Shown here piece by piece: positions 38,404-50,224 of a DNA stretch of 64,000 nt. Source of the DNA: Mobula hypostoma (Eukaryota). Within the stretch, counting starts at the first letter, position 1. The number at the start of each line of letters is the position of its first letter. Under the pieces are notes generated by a model, which saw only the letters and a program-made list of their open reading frames with translations, ran no database searches and was not told the DNA's origin. The stretch is from assembly GCF_963921235.1 (NCBI RefSeq), contig NC_086108.1, positions 71,550,001-71,614,000 of the forward strand. Direction: 5' to 3'. Made by a program: the position numbers and the translations under genes.

Positions 38404-39750
38404 AAGGCAAGGCAAGGCAAGTTTATTTGTATAGCACTTTTCAAACTCAAGGCAGTTCAAAGTGCTTTACACAAAACAAGGTATAAAAGTCAAACATCAA
38501 ATTTCAGACAACATAAAGTGAATAAAATCATACATAAAAATAAAAAAAAATAGAAGTTACAGTGCGGGAGATTCTAATCAAAGGCTACAGCAAAAAGAAA
38601 AGTTTTAAGCCTCAATTTAAAAGAGCTAAAAGTTGAAGGGGACTTCAGATCTGTGGAGCGTAGTAACTAAAAGCTGCTTCACCACATTTAGTTTGGACCC
38701 TGAGGACGGTAAGCAGACCTGCCCCAGGTGACCTGAGAACTCAGGAAGATTCATATTGAAGCAAGAGATCGGAGATGTATTTTGGCCCCGGACCACTCAA
38801 TGCTTTATAAACCAGTAGTAATATTTTAAAGTCAGTCCTCTGATGGACAGGAAGCCAGTGTCGTGATCTGAGAACTGGAGTGATGTGTTCTACTTTCTTG
38901 ATCTCAGTGAGAACTTCAGCAACAGATTTCTGAATGAGCTGCAGCTGTCTGAGGGATATTTTACAGAGACCTGGGAAAACGCTATTACAGTCGTCAAGCC
39001 TACCAAAAATAAATACATGGACGAGTTTTTCCAGATCTCACTGAGACATAAACCCTTTAAAACCTCAATATATTTTTAAGATGGTGGTAGGCTGACTTTG
39101 TTGTCTTAATGTGGCAGTTAAAATTTAAGTCAAAGTCCATCACAACACCAAGGTCTGGCTTGGTTTGTGGTCTATAACGACAGGGATCCTAAGTGAGCAC
39201 TGACTTTTAATTGTTCTGTTTTGGCACCAAAATCAACTATTTCAGTTTTCTCTTTGTTTAACTAGAGGAAATTTTTGTCACATCCAATCAGTGATTAGTT
39301 CACACAGTTTGTTTAGTGATTGTATGGGACCATAGTCACTTGATGACACTGTTATATAAATCTGAATATCATCTGCATAATTAAGATATTTTGTTGCTTA
39401 CCATGATTTGAGTGAGAGGGAGCAGAAGAGGGCCTGGTATGGACTTTTGAAACACTCTGCATGTCATTTTTATTCGGTCAGATACACAGCTACCAATTGA
39501 TACACAATTGTCCCTGTCCTGTAAATATGATTTAAACCACTTTAGGACTGTACCGGAAAGTCCCCCCCAGTTTTCCATTCTGTGCAGTAATATGCTAAGA
39601 TCATCTGTATCAAAAGCAGCACTAAGAACCAGTAAAACCAAAACTGAAATTTTACCATCATCATGGTTTAAGCAGATGTCATTTAAAACCTTGACCAGAG
39701 CAGCCTCAGTGCTGTGGTGTTGTCGAAATCCGGACTGGGAAACATCCATT
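38404..39750 (-). mobile_element. 5'-truncated L2-clade LINE inserted in a CR1 remnant
   Basis: QSGFRQHHSTEAALVKVLND..VLLVLSAAFDT..LKWFKSYL (ORF 39381-39800); YADD at ~39370-39380; tail AATAAA-(CTTGC)n. Confidence 0.9.
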
Positions 39751-40189
39751 TCATTAAGTAATGAAATAGATACTTGAGAAGAGTAAATGTAAACACGCAA
39801 CTTGGCAGATTGAATATAATGTGGTTATTCACTTTGATAGGGAAAGAAGAAAAACAGATTATTATTCAAGATTCAAGACTGTTTATTGTCATGCTTCAGT
39901 GCACGCTGTAAAAGAGAATGAAATTATTGTTACTCGGAATATGATGCAGCACAAAAAACACTATAAGCATAAAAACCACAATAAATATAAATACGAAAGC
40001 ATTCAAATAATACCCGATGTACAAGTAACTGTTAAGTGTGGTCATGTATGCATAAGACTAGCTTATATACAGCACATAGACTGATTGAATGTACATAAGT
40101 TGACACTAGGTGGTGAAAGCATACTTCGTGTATTGTGTGCTCTTTAGGACTCCCTGTCCAAACTGATCAATTTGCTATGAAGGGAATGA

Positions 40190-41520
40190 TGTGGAGGTTT
40201 ATCAGGCAGATTCCAAGGATGATAAGACTGACATTTGAGGAGAGGTTAGGTTGAATAGGTTTGTGAACTTAGAAGGAGAGGACATCTAATTAAGCTTACA
40301 GAATTCTTTGAGGGCAAGACAGAATGGATGTTGGCAGGATATTTCCTGTGGCATGGATGTAGGGAAAGACACCTTGGGCTGAAATGAGGAGAAGTGCTTT
40401 CACTTAGAATGTAGTGAATCTGACGAATTGACTACCACAGAAGACGGTCGAGGCTAAGTCACTGAAAATATTTAAGAATATTTAAAGGGTATGGGAAGAG
40501 AATGGAAAATTACATTGAGACAGAGGATCAGTCGTGATCATATTGAACCAAGGAGCAGGCTGGATGGGCTAAATGGCCTTTTCTTGTTCTTGTTTCACTA
40601 TGAATTTATACTTTAATCTGTATTCTCCTTTCTCTATCTCTATCAAATGAGATAACATAAAGACAATAGGGGAATCCACTTGGATTTAATTGAAGGCATG
40701 AATCTTTTTGTACTTCCTACCCTGTATGGAAAGCATCACTTTCCTAAAGGCCAGAGCCATTCTCTTTCCAACTCCACAGAGCGTTGATAAAATGAGGTTG
40801 GTTCCAGAAAAGCTCGGAGTCACAAGCCACTCTTTCCCCTGAGGGTCCATGAATACCTCAATATAGATGCAGTGGAATCCTTTGTGATCTGCTTGTACCA
40901 CAGCAGTCGTACTTTCACAAGAGTAGCTGGCAAGGGATATGACAATGACTAAATCACAAGAGAACGTTGGGAAATAAGAGCGGGAGATGGCCACTAGGTC
41001 TCTCAAGCTTACCCTGCCATTTAATATGATCATGGCTGATCTACCCCAGGCCTCAGCTCCTCCTCTGTGCCAATCCCGATGACCCTCAAATCCTTGATCT
41101 TTCAATCATTTACTTACCTTTAAAAAGTTCTAATGACCAGGATTCTATAACCCTGCACACGGAGAATCACTACCCTTTGTGAGAAGAAAGTTCTATGTAC
41201 CTCGGTTTTAAGTTATTGCCACCTTATCTTGTAACCATACCCCCCCATGTGCTCTCATTTGAGGCCCCCTCTCATCCGAAGATCTGTGCTGTTATGTTCC
41301 CTTAGGATCTTAAACATTTCAAAAAGATCATCACCCATTCTTCTAATTTCTGAAGAATACAGATCCATCTTCTTTAGCCACCTGGTAACAGGACAGGACT
41401 GCCTCCAATATCCTTTCTCAGCTAAAGGGACTGAAACTGAGCACCAGGTGTGACCTCACCAACACCCTGTACAATTCCAACAAAACTGTCCTCTTTCTAA
41501 ATTCCAACTCCTTTGCAACA
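40190..41520. mobile_element. Two convergent CR1/HER1 3' fragments (40190-40600 plus strand, 40975-41520 minus strand)
   Basis: HER1-type 3' UTR motifs (aggatcagtcgtgatcatattgaa..gggctaaatggcct) on both strands. Confidence 0.7.
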
Positions 41521-42319
41521 AAATCCTAGTGGGACTCTCACTGTTACATTCTCTGCTGTGGTTTTGTCACGATTGTTGAGTTGAATTGGAAGTGTTAAAT
41601 TAGAACATTCCAGAACTAAGCACACTGTAGTAGCAATATTAAAAATAACTGATAGAATGCAATTGCAATATTAAGGTAACATGAACTAAAATGAATTCAA
41701 CTTAGAACTATTCAAAATTAAATTTTGTTTGAGAATTGGATGTCAATATAAGCATTTTGGTGTAATTTACAGAATCACGTGACCATTTAAAAGATGAACA
41801 TGGTTCAATGAACATATATTCCAAATATCATTTCAGATGTTTGTTGTCCTGAGTGATTTAAATAATTAGCCAGAAGCATTCTACATAGGAAAGGAAAAAT
41901 CAGTCAAGTTACCCAGACCTGGACTCTGTGTAGCAACCTGCATTTCAATGGAAATAATGGCATTGTAAAATATTTCAAGGATTTTTATTGGGGCGTTGTC
42001 AAACAAAATTTGACGTCAAGCCACAAGGAGATATTACAGCATGAAATATTATCAAATAGGGAGCCAGCATGAGTAAGCAAATATATGTCTCTTGTACCCT
42101 GTCATTAACATTTCCAATGAATTGAAACTAGATCTAAAAATACATTAACAGCAGGTGCACATATGGACACGCTCCATCTGCTGAGGTGCAGTGATCGTTC
42201 ACAAGTCCTCCCAACAGCTGTGGCACTGTTGATGCTGATAATTTCCACTTTCTATTAATCACATCCTATTTCCATTTCCTGACTCTCTTCACCCATGAAT
42301 AATATGGGGTGAAGAGAAC

Positions 42320-42905
42320 TAAGGCTTTATTCGACATTGATTAGACCACAATTTGAGTATTGTGAGCTGTTTTGGGCCCCTTATCTTAGAAAAGACATGT
42401 TGGCATTGAAGGGGGTCCACAGGAGGTTCATGAGAATAATTCCGTGAATGAAAGGGTTAACGTATGAGGAGCATTTGATGGCTCTGGGCCTGTACACACT
42501 GCAGTTTAGAAGACTGAAGGGGAATCTCATTGAAACATATTGAATGTTGAAAGACCTAGATAGAGTGGGTGTGGAGAGGGTATTTCCCATAGTGGAGAAA
42601 TCTAGGACCAGAGGGCACAGCCTCAGAATAGAGGGACGTCCATTTAGAGTGCAGATGAGAAGGAATTTCTTTATTGAGTGGGTGGTGAACCTATGGAATT
42701 CATTCCACAAATGGAGTGGAGGCCAAGTCATTGGGTATATATTTAAAGTGGAGTTGGATAGTCTTTTGGTAAGTAAGGGCATCAAAGGTTATGGGGCGAA
42801 GGCAGGAGAATGGGGTGAAGAGGGATAATAAATCAGCCATGATGGAATGGTGGAGCAGATTCAATGGACCAAATGGCCTAATTTTGTCCTATGTCTATGG
42901 TCTTA
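42320..42905 (+). mobile_element. CR1/HER1 3' fragment
   Basis: LYSTLIRPQFEYC..WAPYLRKD; ORF 42544-42828 SRTRGHSLRIEG..RNFF..VVNLWNS. Confidence 0.9.
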
Positions 42906-44299
42906 ATACCTAGAGAGCAGGATGCCTGACTACTGGTCTTCCCTTCACGAGTGCACTTCAAAAAGTGACTTGGAAGGGTACACATGATAAACCAGAGTAA
43001 TAATCTACCCAACTTTATTTCCACTCCTTTGGAGTGAATTCCATTCTCTTGATCCCTGTATCTCCTCAAACACTGAACCTGACATTGGTTTCATGTATAC
43101 CCATAAACTTTCATATAAAACAGTGCTGGAAGACATCATACAATCAGATATATAGTGATTAAAAGGATTATATAGAAAGAAGCAAACAATTTTCTTAACT
43201 TGCAGTACACATACAATACACAGTCACCTTGTTAGACTTTTCTCAATGATCATTACATTTTTAAAAGTATTGACGTTTTACTCCTAAAATCCCAAAGCTT
43301 CTGCTCCCAGTTGGATCAGCTAAAAAGATGGACAATGATTGATATGGCTTTTGGAATTAATTCATGTCTGAAGGTCAAACTCTTAATCAGGATAAGTAGG
43401 GTACTTCTCACAGACTGTCTATCCAATTATACATCATTTCACTTAATGCAAGTTGTCAGCAAAGCTGATTACTTAACTTCCATCCACCATGCTTTATTGA
43501 ATGTGGTAAAAGACTAAAAAGCAAGTGATTCATTATAAATACCTTTTAAAGAAAGATGGAGTGGATAGCAAATCGTTGAGTTAGTATTTCAAATCCTTAC
43601 GGGGTGTTAAAGCCTTTGTCTTTTGTTACTTTTGCCCTTGACCTTGTGACAAAACCACTTCTACTCTAGAAATCAAGTTGAATTAAGGTTTTTGTCAATG
43701 ATATTTGAAACGTTTAATAGGATTTGCACCATGAGAAATACAGTAACTTGTTCCATTGTGCTTCCTCTTTCTTGATGGGCAAGTGCTTAGTGTCTTAGAT
43801 CATGAATAGCTAAAGGCATAATTAATGCCTGGAATTTACCACAGAGATGTGTATAGGCTTAGAATCTGGTTCTGTTAATCCTGTGGCATACGTTGGTATG
43901 CCATGGGGAACATAGGGTCTTTGTCCTTGTCACACTCACTGTGAGCTCCAGCTAAGCAGATTCAGGCCTGGTTAAGACACAAACGGGAAATAGGGCATTT
44001 GACCAGCAGACTGAATTTGCATCCGAACAATCCTCACATATTAAAAATCTGCACCCATGTTGGCTTTTTATCTAGAATATTGCCACTTATATTGCGTTTA
44101 GCCATAGTTAATATGTTTATTGGTTGGTGAGTATGAACAGCTCACAGTTGGCAACAAATTATGTTTTGCACATGTTGATTATACTTCCGCTAATTCTGAG
44201 TTCATTAACCTGTTTCCAGAGCCCGTGGATTGTCTTTTACTAAAGTTATTTTCTTTTGGCATCAGTTTAGCACACACACCTTAACAGTGATTGGGTGGT

Positions 44300-45950
44300 G
44301 GGGAAGGCCACTTGGCCCACAATCCCCCTCTACCATATAATAAAATATGACTGCAGCCTGAACTCCGCATTCCTGTCTGTGCATGATAACCCTTGCCCTT
44401 TGTTTATCAAGTGTTCATCCACCCCTGCCCTGAACATATTCAGAGACTCAGTTCCTATGGCTCTTTGAGGAAAACAGTTTGAAACACTTACTGACAATCT
44501 GAGAGAAAGCATTTTGTATCAACTCTGTCTTAAACAACCAATCATATATTTTTAAACCATGACCCTTAATTATAGATTGTTTCACAAGAGTAAACATCCT
44601 TTCCACATTCTGTCAAAACCCCTTCGGATGTTATACAGTATGTTTCAGTCAAGCCCTTCTCATTCTTCTAAATTGCACTGGATATAAGCCTAGCCTGTCC
44701 AAATTTTCCGCATTCCAAACTTACAATTTCCTTGCATTCATTACTGATTTCCCACCCTCATTTTCTAGGGGAGCAAAACTCCATCTGTTTTCTTCTATAA
44801 CAAACACCATGAATCTTACTATATGTTTCATATTTCTGGCTATTTTTCTCTTGCATCTATACTTTTTCTTCTTTGCTAAACACGTTGTCATTCTTTACTG
44901 TCCTTAATATTCCATCCAATCATCTGGCCTGCTGTCTTGGCACAATTATATGCTTCTGCTGATATTATCTTTAACTATTTTAATTAATCACAGATGTAGG
45001 TCTCCTCCTTGGAATTTTTCATTCTTGCTGGAATTCTGTGTATTTGTAAAGTTCCTCTTGAATGTCTACAACTGTATATCACCAGACTTCTCCCTCAACT
45101 TAATTTGCCACTTCACATTAGCTTGTTCTACTCTTAAGTCTCAGAGTTGCCCATGGTTAGTTTTGGGCCTGTTGTTCTCCCTCTCAAACAGAATATAAAA
45201 TTCAATCAGGTTGATTGTTGTGACCTTTACAACATGAGCATAAATTAATTGTCTCAATGCATAGTACCAAGTCTAAAGTAGCCTGTGTTGTTGCTGGCAA
45301 CCGAACATCTACTCCAAGAAACTCTCCTTAGAAAGATTTACAAATTCTCATCTGAATTAACTTTGCCTGTTTTTCCATCCCAATGTGAATTTAAATCGCC
45401 ACAAGCACCCAAAGTTTCTTTCTTTATGTATGTATCCTACTGTGCAGTTACAGCAAGAATACTTGTAACTATTACCAAAAGTGACTTGCTGTCTTTATTA
45501 CATCTCATCTCTCCCCACAGTTTACTGAACTTCCATCAACATCAGGATAAAGGGAGGAACATTTGCTTGGAGCAGAGATTGTGCGTGAGGTCCTTGATGA
45601 GTACTCTACGGTATTTACCAAGGAGAAGTATGTAGAGGATAGGGAGATCAGTGCTGAGCATATTGATATTCTATGGCATTTTGAGGTAAAGGAGGAGGAA
45701 GTGTTGGTTCTCTTAAATAGCTTTAAGGTGAATAAGTCACCAGGACCTGATGGAATATACCCCAGGTTATTGAGGAATGCAAGAGAAGAGATTGCTGGGG
45801 CTTTAGCCATTACCTTTCTGTCCTCTCTAGCCACAGGAGAGTTGGGGAGGTCTGGCGAGTAGCTTATGTCATTCTATTATTCTAGAAGGGAACCAGGGAT
45901 AATTCTGGATTCTATAGACTGGTGAGTCTTATGTCAGTGGTAGGGACATT
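44300..45950. mobile_element. Decayed CR1 fragments (minus strand 44300-45520, plus strand 45560-45950)
   Basis: ORF 45563-45862 has NKSPGPDGIYPRLLRNAREEIAGAL; reverse HER1 3' UTR at ~44310-44700. Confidence 0.7.
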
Positions 45951-46120
45951 GTTTTCTCAGAGTGGTGCAGACACCGAGCAATCTGTGGATGTGAACTTTC
46001 CACTATTTAGGACACTTACAGCAGCAGGTGCGTAAAGTGGGCCTGGAGGATCATCAGGGACTCCAGCCACCAAATAGTACCGCAGCATTAAGGCCATGAC
46101 CAACAGGCTCCAGGACAGCT

Positions 46121-47956
46121 TCTTTAACACGTTATCTCCTGGCTCCCTTGTTTTCCTTTCAATTAGTTTTCATGCTTTAGATTTACAAAACATAATGGTG
46201 ATGATGAGGAAGTTTTAAACAAACCTGAGACGTCTACCTGTTGAAGCGCAGTAAGATGTTTGAGTTTTAAAAAAGCAGCGAGGAACAGTTGAGTTAAAAA
46301 AAAGCAGTGCAGCATGTATCTCTGGAGGGGAGAAAGGGAATGCGTTTGAGTTTAATAAAAGACAGGAAATGGACAAAATTCAAGGGTTCATAAATAGTGA
46401 GTACTAGGTGATAATAATTATAAAAAAGAGTAGAAATGGCTGGCTACATCGGAAATATTGACGTGTTTGATTACATAACAGAAAACTGGATATTGTATAT
46501 TGAGTGAATCAGGCAGTAATTTAAAGCAAATGCAATAACCAATGGGAAGTGAGTGCCTAGTTTGCTGGGTGTATCTGACTTAAAGGAATGAAGTTTTTCA
46601 GAAGTTTGTCTGCTCTAACCAATCCAGCTGGAATGAATTTTGCTGATTTTGTGAAAATAATGCAGGAACATTTAGAATCAAAGTCATTGTTGGACTGCAG
46701 AACACTTTAGGATTCATAGGATCCTAACCTGAGATTTATGGCTAACACAAGAAGGCACAGTTTTAAGGTGCCTGGAAGTAGGTATAGAGGAGATGTTTGG
46801 GGTAAGTTTTTTACGCAGAGAGTGGTGAGTGTGTGGAATGGGCTGCTGGAAACAGTGGTGGAGGTGGATACAATAGGGTCTTTTAAGACTTGCCTGGATA
46901 GGTACATGGAGCTTAGAAGATTAGAGGGCTATGGGTGACCCTAGGTGATTTCTAAAGTAAGCACATGTTCGGCACAGCTTTGTGGGCTGAAGGGCCTGTA
47001 TTGTGCAGTAGGCTTTCTATGTTCTATGCTCTAAGCAAAAGGAAGGAGAGTCCATTTCAGTATATGTGGCTGAATTGAAGAAATTGTCTGAGCATTGTCA
47101 GTTCAGTAATGGGCTTATTGATGCTCTGAGAGATTGTTTAGTTTGTGGAATCTTGCAAGAAAGCATTCAAAAACAGCTCCTAACTGAAGCACAGCTTGCA
47201 TTTAAAAGAGTAGCTAAAATTGCTATATCAGTGAAAGCAGCAGACAGGGGCGCAATTCATTTGCAGTCAGGAGTGAAGGAGAGAGTGAACAAGATTGCAA
47301 TGTCTAAACAGGAACCTGCCTGGCTGATAAATTGTGTTACCATCGTGGTAAGGGCCCACATACACCAGTCCAATGCAGACTTAAAGGTGAATCTTGCAAC
47401 AAAGTAAGGCATATACAAAGAGCATGTCAGGCAGACAATAATAAACGGATTACACAGGAAAGAGAAAAAGATAAAAAAAAACAAGTTGCAGTTTCAAAAT
47501 AAGCATTAAACTGCATGCTGCTGATGAAAAATCTGATAGCGAGAGTGACTGGGGACTGGGCAGCATTAGGATTTACAATGTGAAAATGAGCAACAGGCAA
47601 GCAATATGGCTTACACCAGAAGTGAAAGGCAAATTAATTAAAATTGAATTGGATATTGGCTCAGCAGTTTCAGTCATTCCACAAAACAAGTTTGAACCAC
47701 ATTTCAAAGAGCCTGCAGATATCCAATTAAGAACATGTTAGAGAAAAGATAATACTGTGCAAATAACATTTGTAACAGTAAATACAACAACCAACAAGCC
47801 ACATTGTATGTAATAAAAACAGGAAGTCCAGCATTGTGGGGCCATGCGTGGCAGAGACAACTACAACTTGGTTGAAAATCCATCCACCATGTGCATGCCA
47901 CATCCCCTGTAATAGAGTCAATTGACAGCGAATTAAGAAAGGTATTGGATAATGCC
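46121..47956 (+). mobile_element. Decayed Gypsy LTR retrotransposon 5' half (LTR remnant, PBS, gag, protease)
   Basis: LTR-like end ...AAAACA at 46192 followed by PBS-like TGGTGATGA at 46196. Gag from ATG 46436 (MAGYIGNIDVFD..NWILYIE); QKEGESISVYVAELKKLSEHCQF..LRDCLVCGI; decayed zinc knuckles ~47335-47425; protease IWLTPEVKGKLIKIELDIGSAVSVIP at 47604-47681. Confidence 0.88.
46738..47034 (+). mobile_element. Young CR1/HER1 3' fragment inserted in Gypsy gag
   Basis: ANTRRHSFKV..FFTQRVVSVWNGL; (ttctatg)n tail. Closely related to the minus-strand copy at 59608-59840. Confidence 0.88.
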
Positions 47957-49470
47957 AAAACTATCTCCACAATGTACAACATGAATCGTGACCCAACAGA
48001 GGGTAAACGGGTGCTGGTGCCAATCAACCCTTGTGCCTCTGGTTGGAAATCATATTGGTCTGAGGATGGACCATGCTACTCAGAAGGATCAAGAAAGTGG
48101 CAAAAGTAGTGTTGTGACTAAAACAGGTTTTGAAGGTAACATAACTGAGAAGGTTCCTAAGATTGTCATAGCCAGGAGTGGTAGCGGGAAGCTCCCACTA
48201 CCTATAAGGTGTTCCAAATGGTGTGCGTCTCTGACAACCAATTCCAACTCTTGGCCTTCACGTGTGGCCTAGCTACTAGGCCCGGCGGAACTGTCTCTAC
48301 TGAAAAGAGAAGGGGCAAAGGCGGACCACTGGCGCCTCAAAATCAGTTGCTTCGGCAGGTTGGGCTTGTCAGCCTTTGACAGCAGCCCGGCTAGGAAAAG
48401 GAAAACTCTGATTTTAAACCTCCACTGGCTTGCGGCCATACCCACCCACGGGAAAGGCTTTGGGAGTAAACCTTGAGGATGAAATCCAGAGCTGTGGTCC
48501 CTAAGGTGGTTTGATGTTGTTTACAACTTCACTCTGGCAACCCCTGTGACTGACACTGCTGCCAAGCTGTATCGGTGCTTTCCCTTCCCTTGGACTACAT
48601 CAGTGATGTGGAGAGGGGGAACAGCCAGTTCTTCAAATCTTCCTGCCCAGGCTTGCAACCTGGAGAGGACACAGTCCACCAGAGGCGCAAATTCATGATC
48701 CCCTGGGATCGATGCCTCCCTGCTACCATCTGAGAAAGCTTCTAATACGTTAATGAGGCAGTTTCTGTGAAATGTGGCTTGGTTTTAAGCTAGAAGTGAG
48801 TTTAAGGAGGTTCAGAAATGTTTCAAGAGTTTGGCTTCTGTGAGTATAAAGAACCAGAATCTACTCTGTATGCATTAAGGTTATTGCATGAACTTCAGGT
48901 GGGAGACAAAAAGCTGCTTGTAAAAGTGGATGCAAAGTCCAAAGCCCAGCTGGATGAATGGAAGGCCAAAAAAAAGGAGTCAACGAAAACAGAGGATTCG
49001 TCAGATGATGTGCGATGAAGAAATGAAGAGGAGAGATCAGATCGTAAGGAAGGATTAATAAGAGACTACTCCAGTGAACTAAATGCACTTTCCCAAGATC
49101 AGGGTGCACGTCCTAGAAAGAAGAAAAAGGAGAAGAAAGAGGAGGATGACATAAGTGCTGTGGAAATGAAAGAGGACAAGCAAAACTAATTTCTCAAGAA
49201 ATTAGCAAATTCAGAGATACTCACAAAAAACTAGAAAGAGAAAATGGAAGGAGAGAAAAAGAAATTCAAGAATTTAAAAAGGAGATAAGAGATAGAGAGA
49301 AAGAATGTGAATGAGAAGGCATGAAAGAAAAATAATGAGAGTGAGAACATGAGCTAGATTGAGGCCATGATAGGGATCGATGAGAGAACCATGGATAAGG
49401 AATGGGAGTGGGACTGAGAAAGGGGTCGAGATCAGGATAAAGAGAAAGAAAGAATCTGGGACCGGGAGAG
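47957..49470 (+). pseudogene. RBM25: Processed (intronless) RBM25 pseudogene fragment: RRM and start of the RE/RD-rich region, split by an insertion at 48161-48729
   Basis: VLVP..VGNHIGLRMDH..TGFEGNITEK | SEKAS..KCGLVLS*K*V*GGS..FGFCEYKEPESTLYALRLLHELQVGDKKLLVKVDAKSKAQLDEWKAKKK..RDYSSELNA..RKKKKEKKE..EISKFRDTHKKLE matches vertebrate RBM25. Stops at 48791, 48797 and 48803, plus several frameshifts; no introns. Confidence 0.93.
48161..48729 (+). mobile_element. Non-coding retroelement, probably a bipartite non-autonomous RTE derivative
   Basis: Flanked by a 16-bp duplication of RBM25 sequence (CTGAGAAGGTTCCTAA / CTGAGAAAGCTTCTAA, 13/16 identical). Contains RTE 5' UTR-like ggaaaactctgattttaaacctcc and an RTE-like 3' end ggcgcaaattcatgatc...gatgcct. 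Confidence 0.65.
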
Positions 49471-50224
49471 AAGCTCTTGAACTCAGTGCCCTGACTAATG
49501 AAGGCCAACACACTAAACACCTTCTTAACAACCTTATCAACTTGTGTGACAGCCTTGAAGGATCAATGGATTTGCACTCTAGCTAACTTATCTAAGTTTT
49601 TGATCTTTGTGATGCAACTCCTTATTTAGCACAGTTTTTTAAAAAAAAGTTCAATGTTATATGGCATTCTACATGCTCTAAGATGACTATTTTTCATACA
49701 TGGCTAAGTCAAACAAATAAGGGTTTTATATACAATTACTAAGGTAGAAATGAATCTTAAATATAGTTATCCACACATATATTTCTGACAAATGCTTGAA
49801 TTTTCCTAACTGGCTGTGGTATAAATCTTAAATGTAAAAGATGAGCAATAATGGCAATTATATCACCTTTAATATCTAGTCACATTATCCTAGTTTCACT
49901 ATTTTGGCGAACTGTCCATTTACCTTTTGTGGTGATCTGCCCAAATCATTTCAATTACAGGTACCTGTATTATAGAATCATATAGTTATGTACTGTTGAA
50001 ACTGACCCTTTGGCCCAACTTACCCACGATGAAGAAAATGTCCATCTGAGCTAGTCCCACTTGCCTGCATTTGGCCCATATGCATCTAATCCTCTTTTAC
50101 ACATGAACCTGTCCAAATATTCTAAATATGTTGAAAATGTACCTGCTTTTGCAGTTTCCTTGCACAGTTCATATCACCTTCTGTGTAAAAAAAAAGTTGT
50201 CCTTCAGATCCATTTTAAACCTTT

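Noticed and set aside
40686..41105. 139-aa minus-strand ORF
   Set aside because: Its first third is CR1 3' UTR. The remainder has no recognisable homology or convincing splice signals.
43880..43907. Hairpin TGGCATAC-GTTG-GTATGCCA
   Set aside because: An 8-bp perfect stem can arise by chance in 64 kb, and there is no supporting context.
48178..48729. Apparent TIR pair GTGGTAGCGGGAAGC / GCCTCCCTGCTACCAT suggesting a DNA transposon
   Set aside because: The left motif lies 17 bp inside the TSD-defined boundary and is part of a local hairpin. A 16-bp TSD fits a non-LTR retroelement better.
48818..49018. ORF as a functional RBM25 exon or mini-gene
   Set aside because: Three in-frame stops immediately upstream, frameshifts downstream, and continuous homology without introns show it is part of a dead retrocopy.
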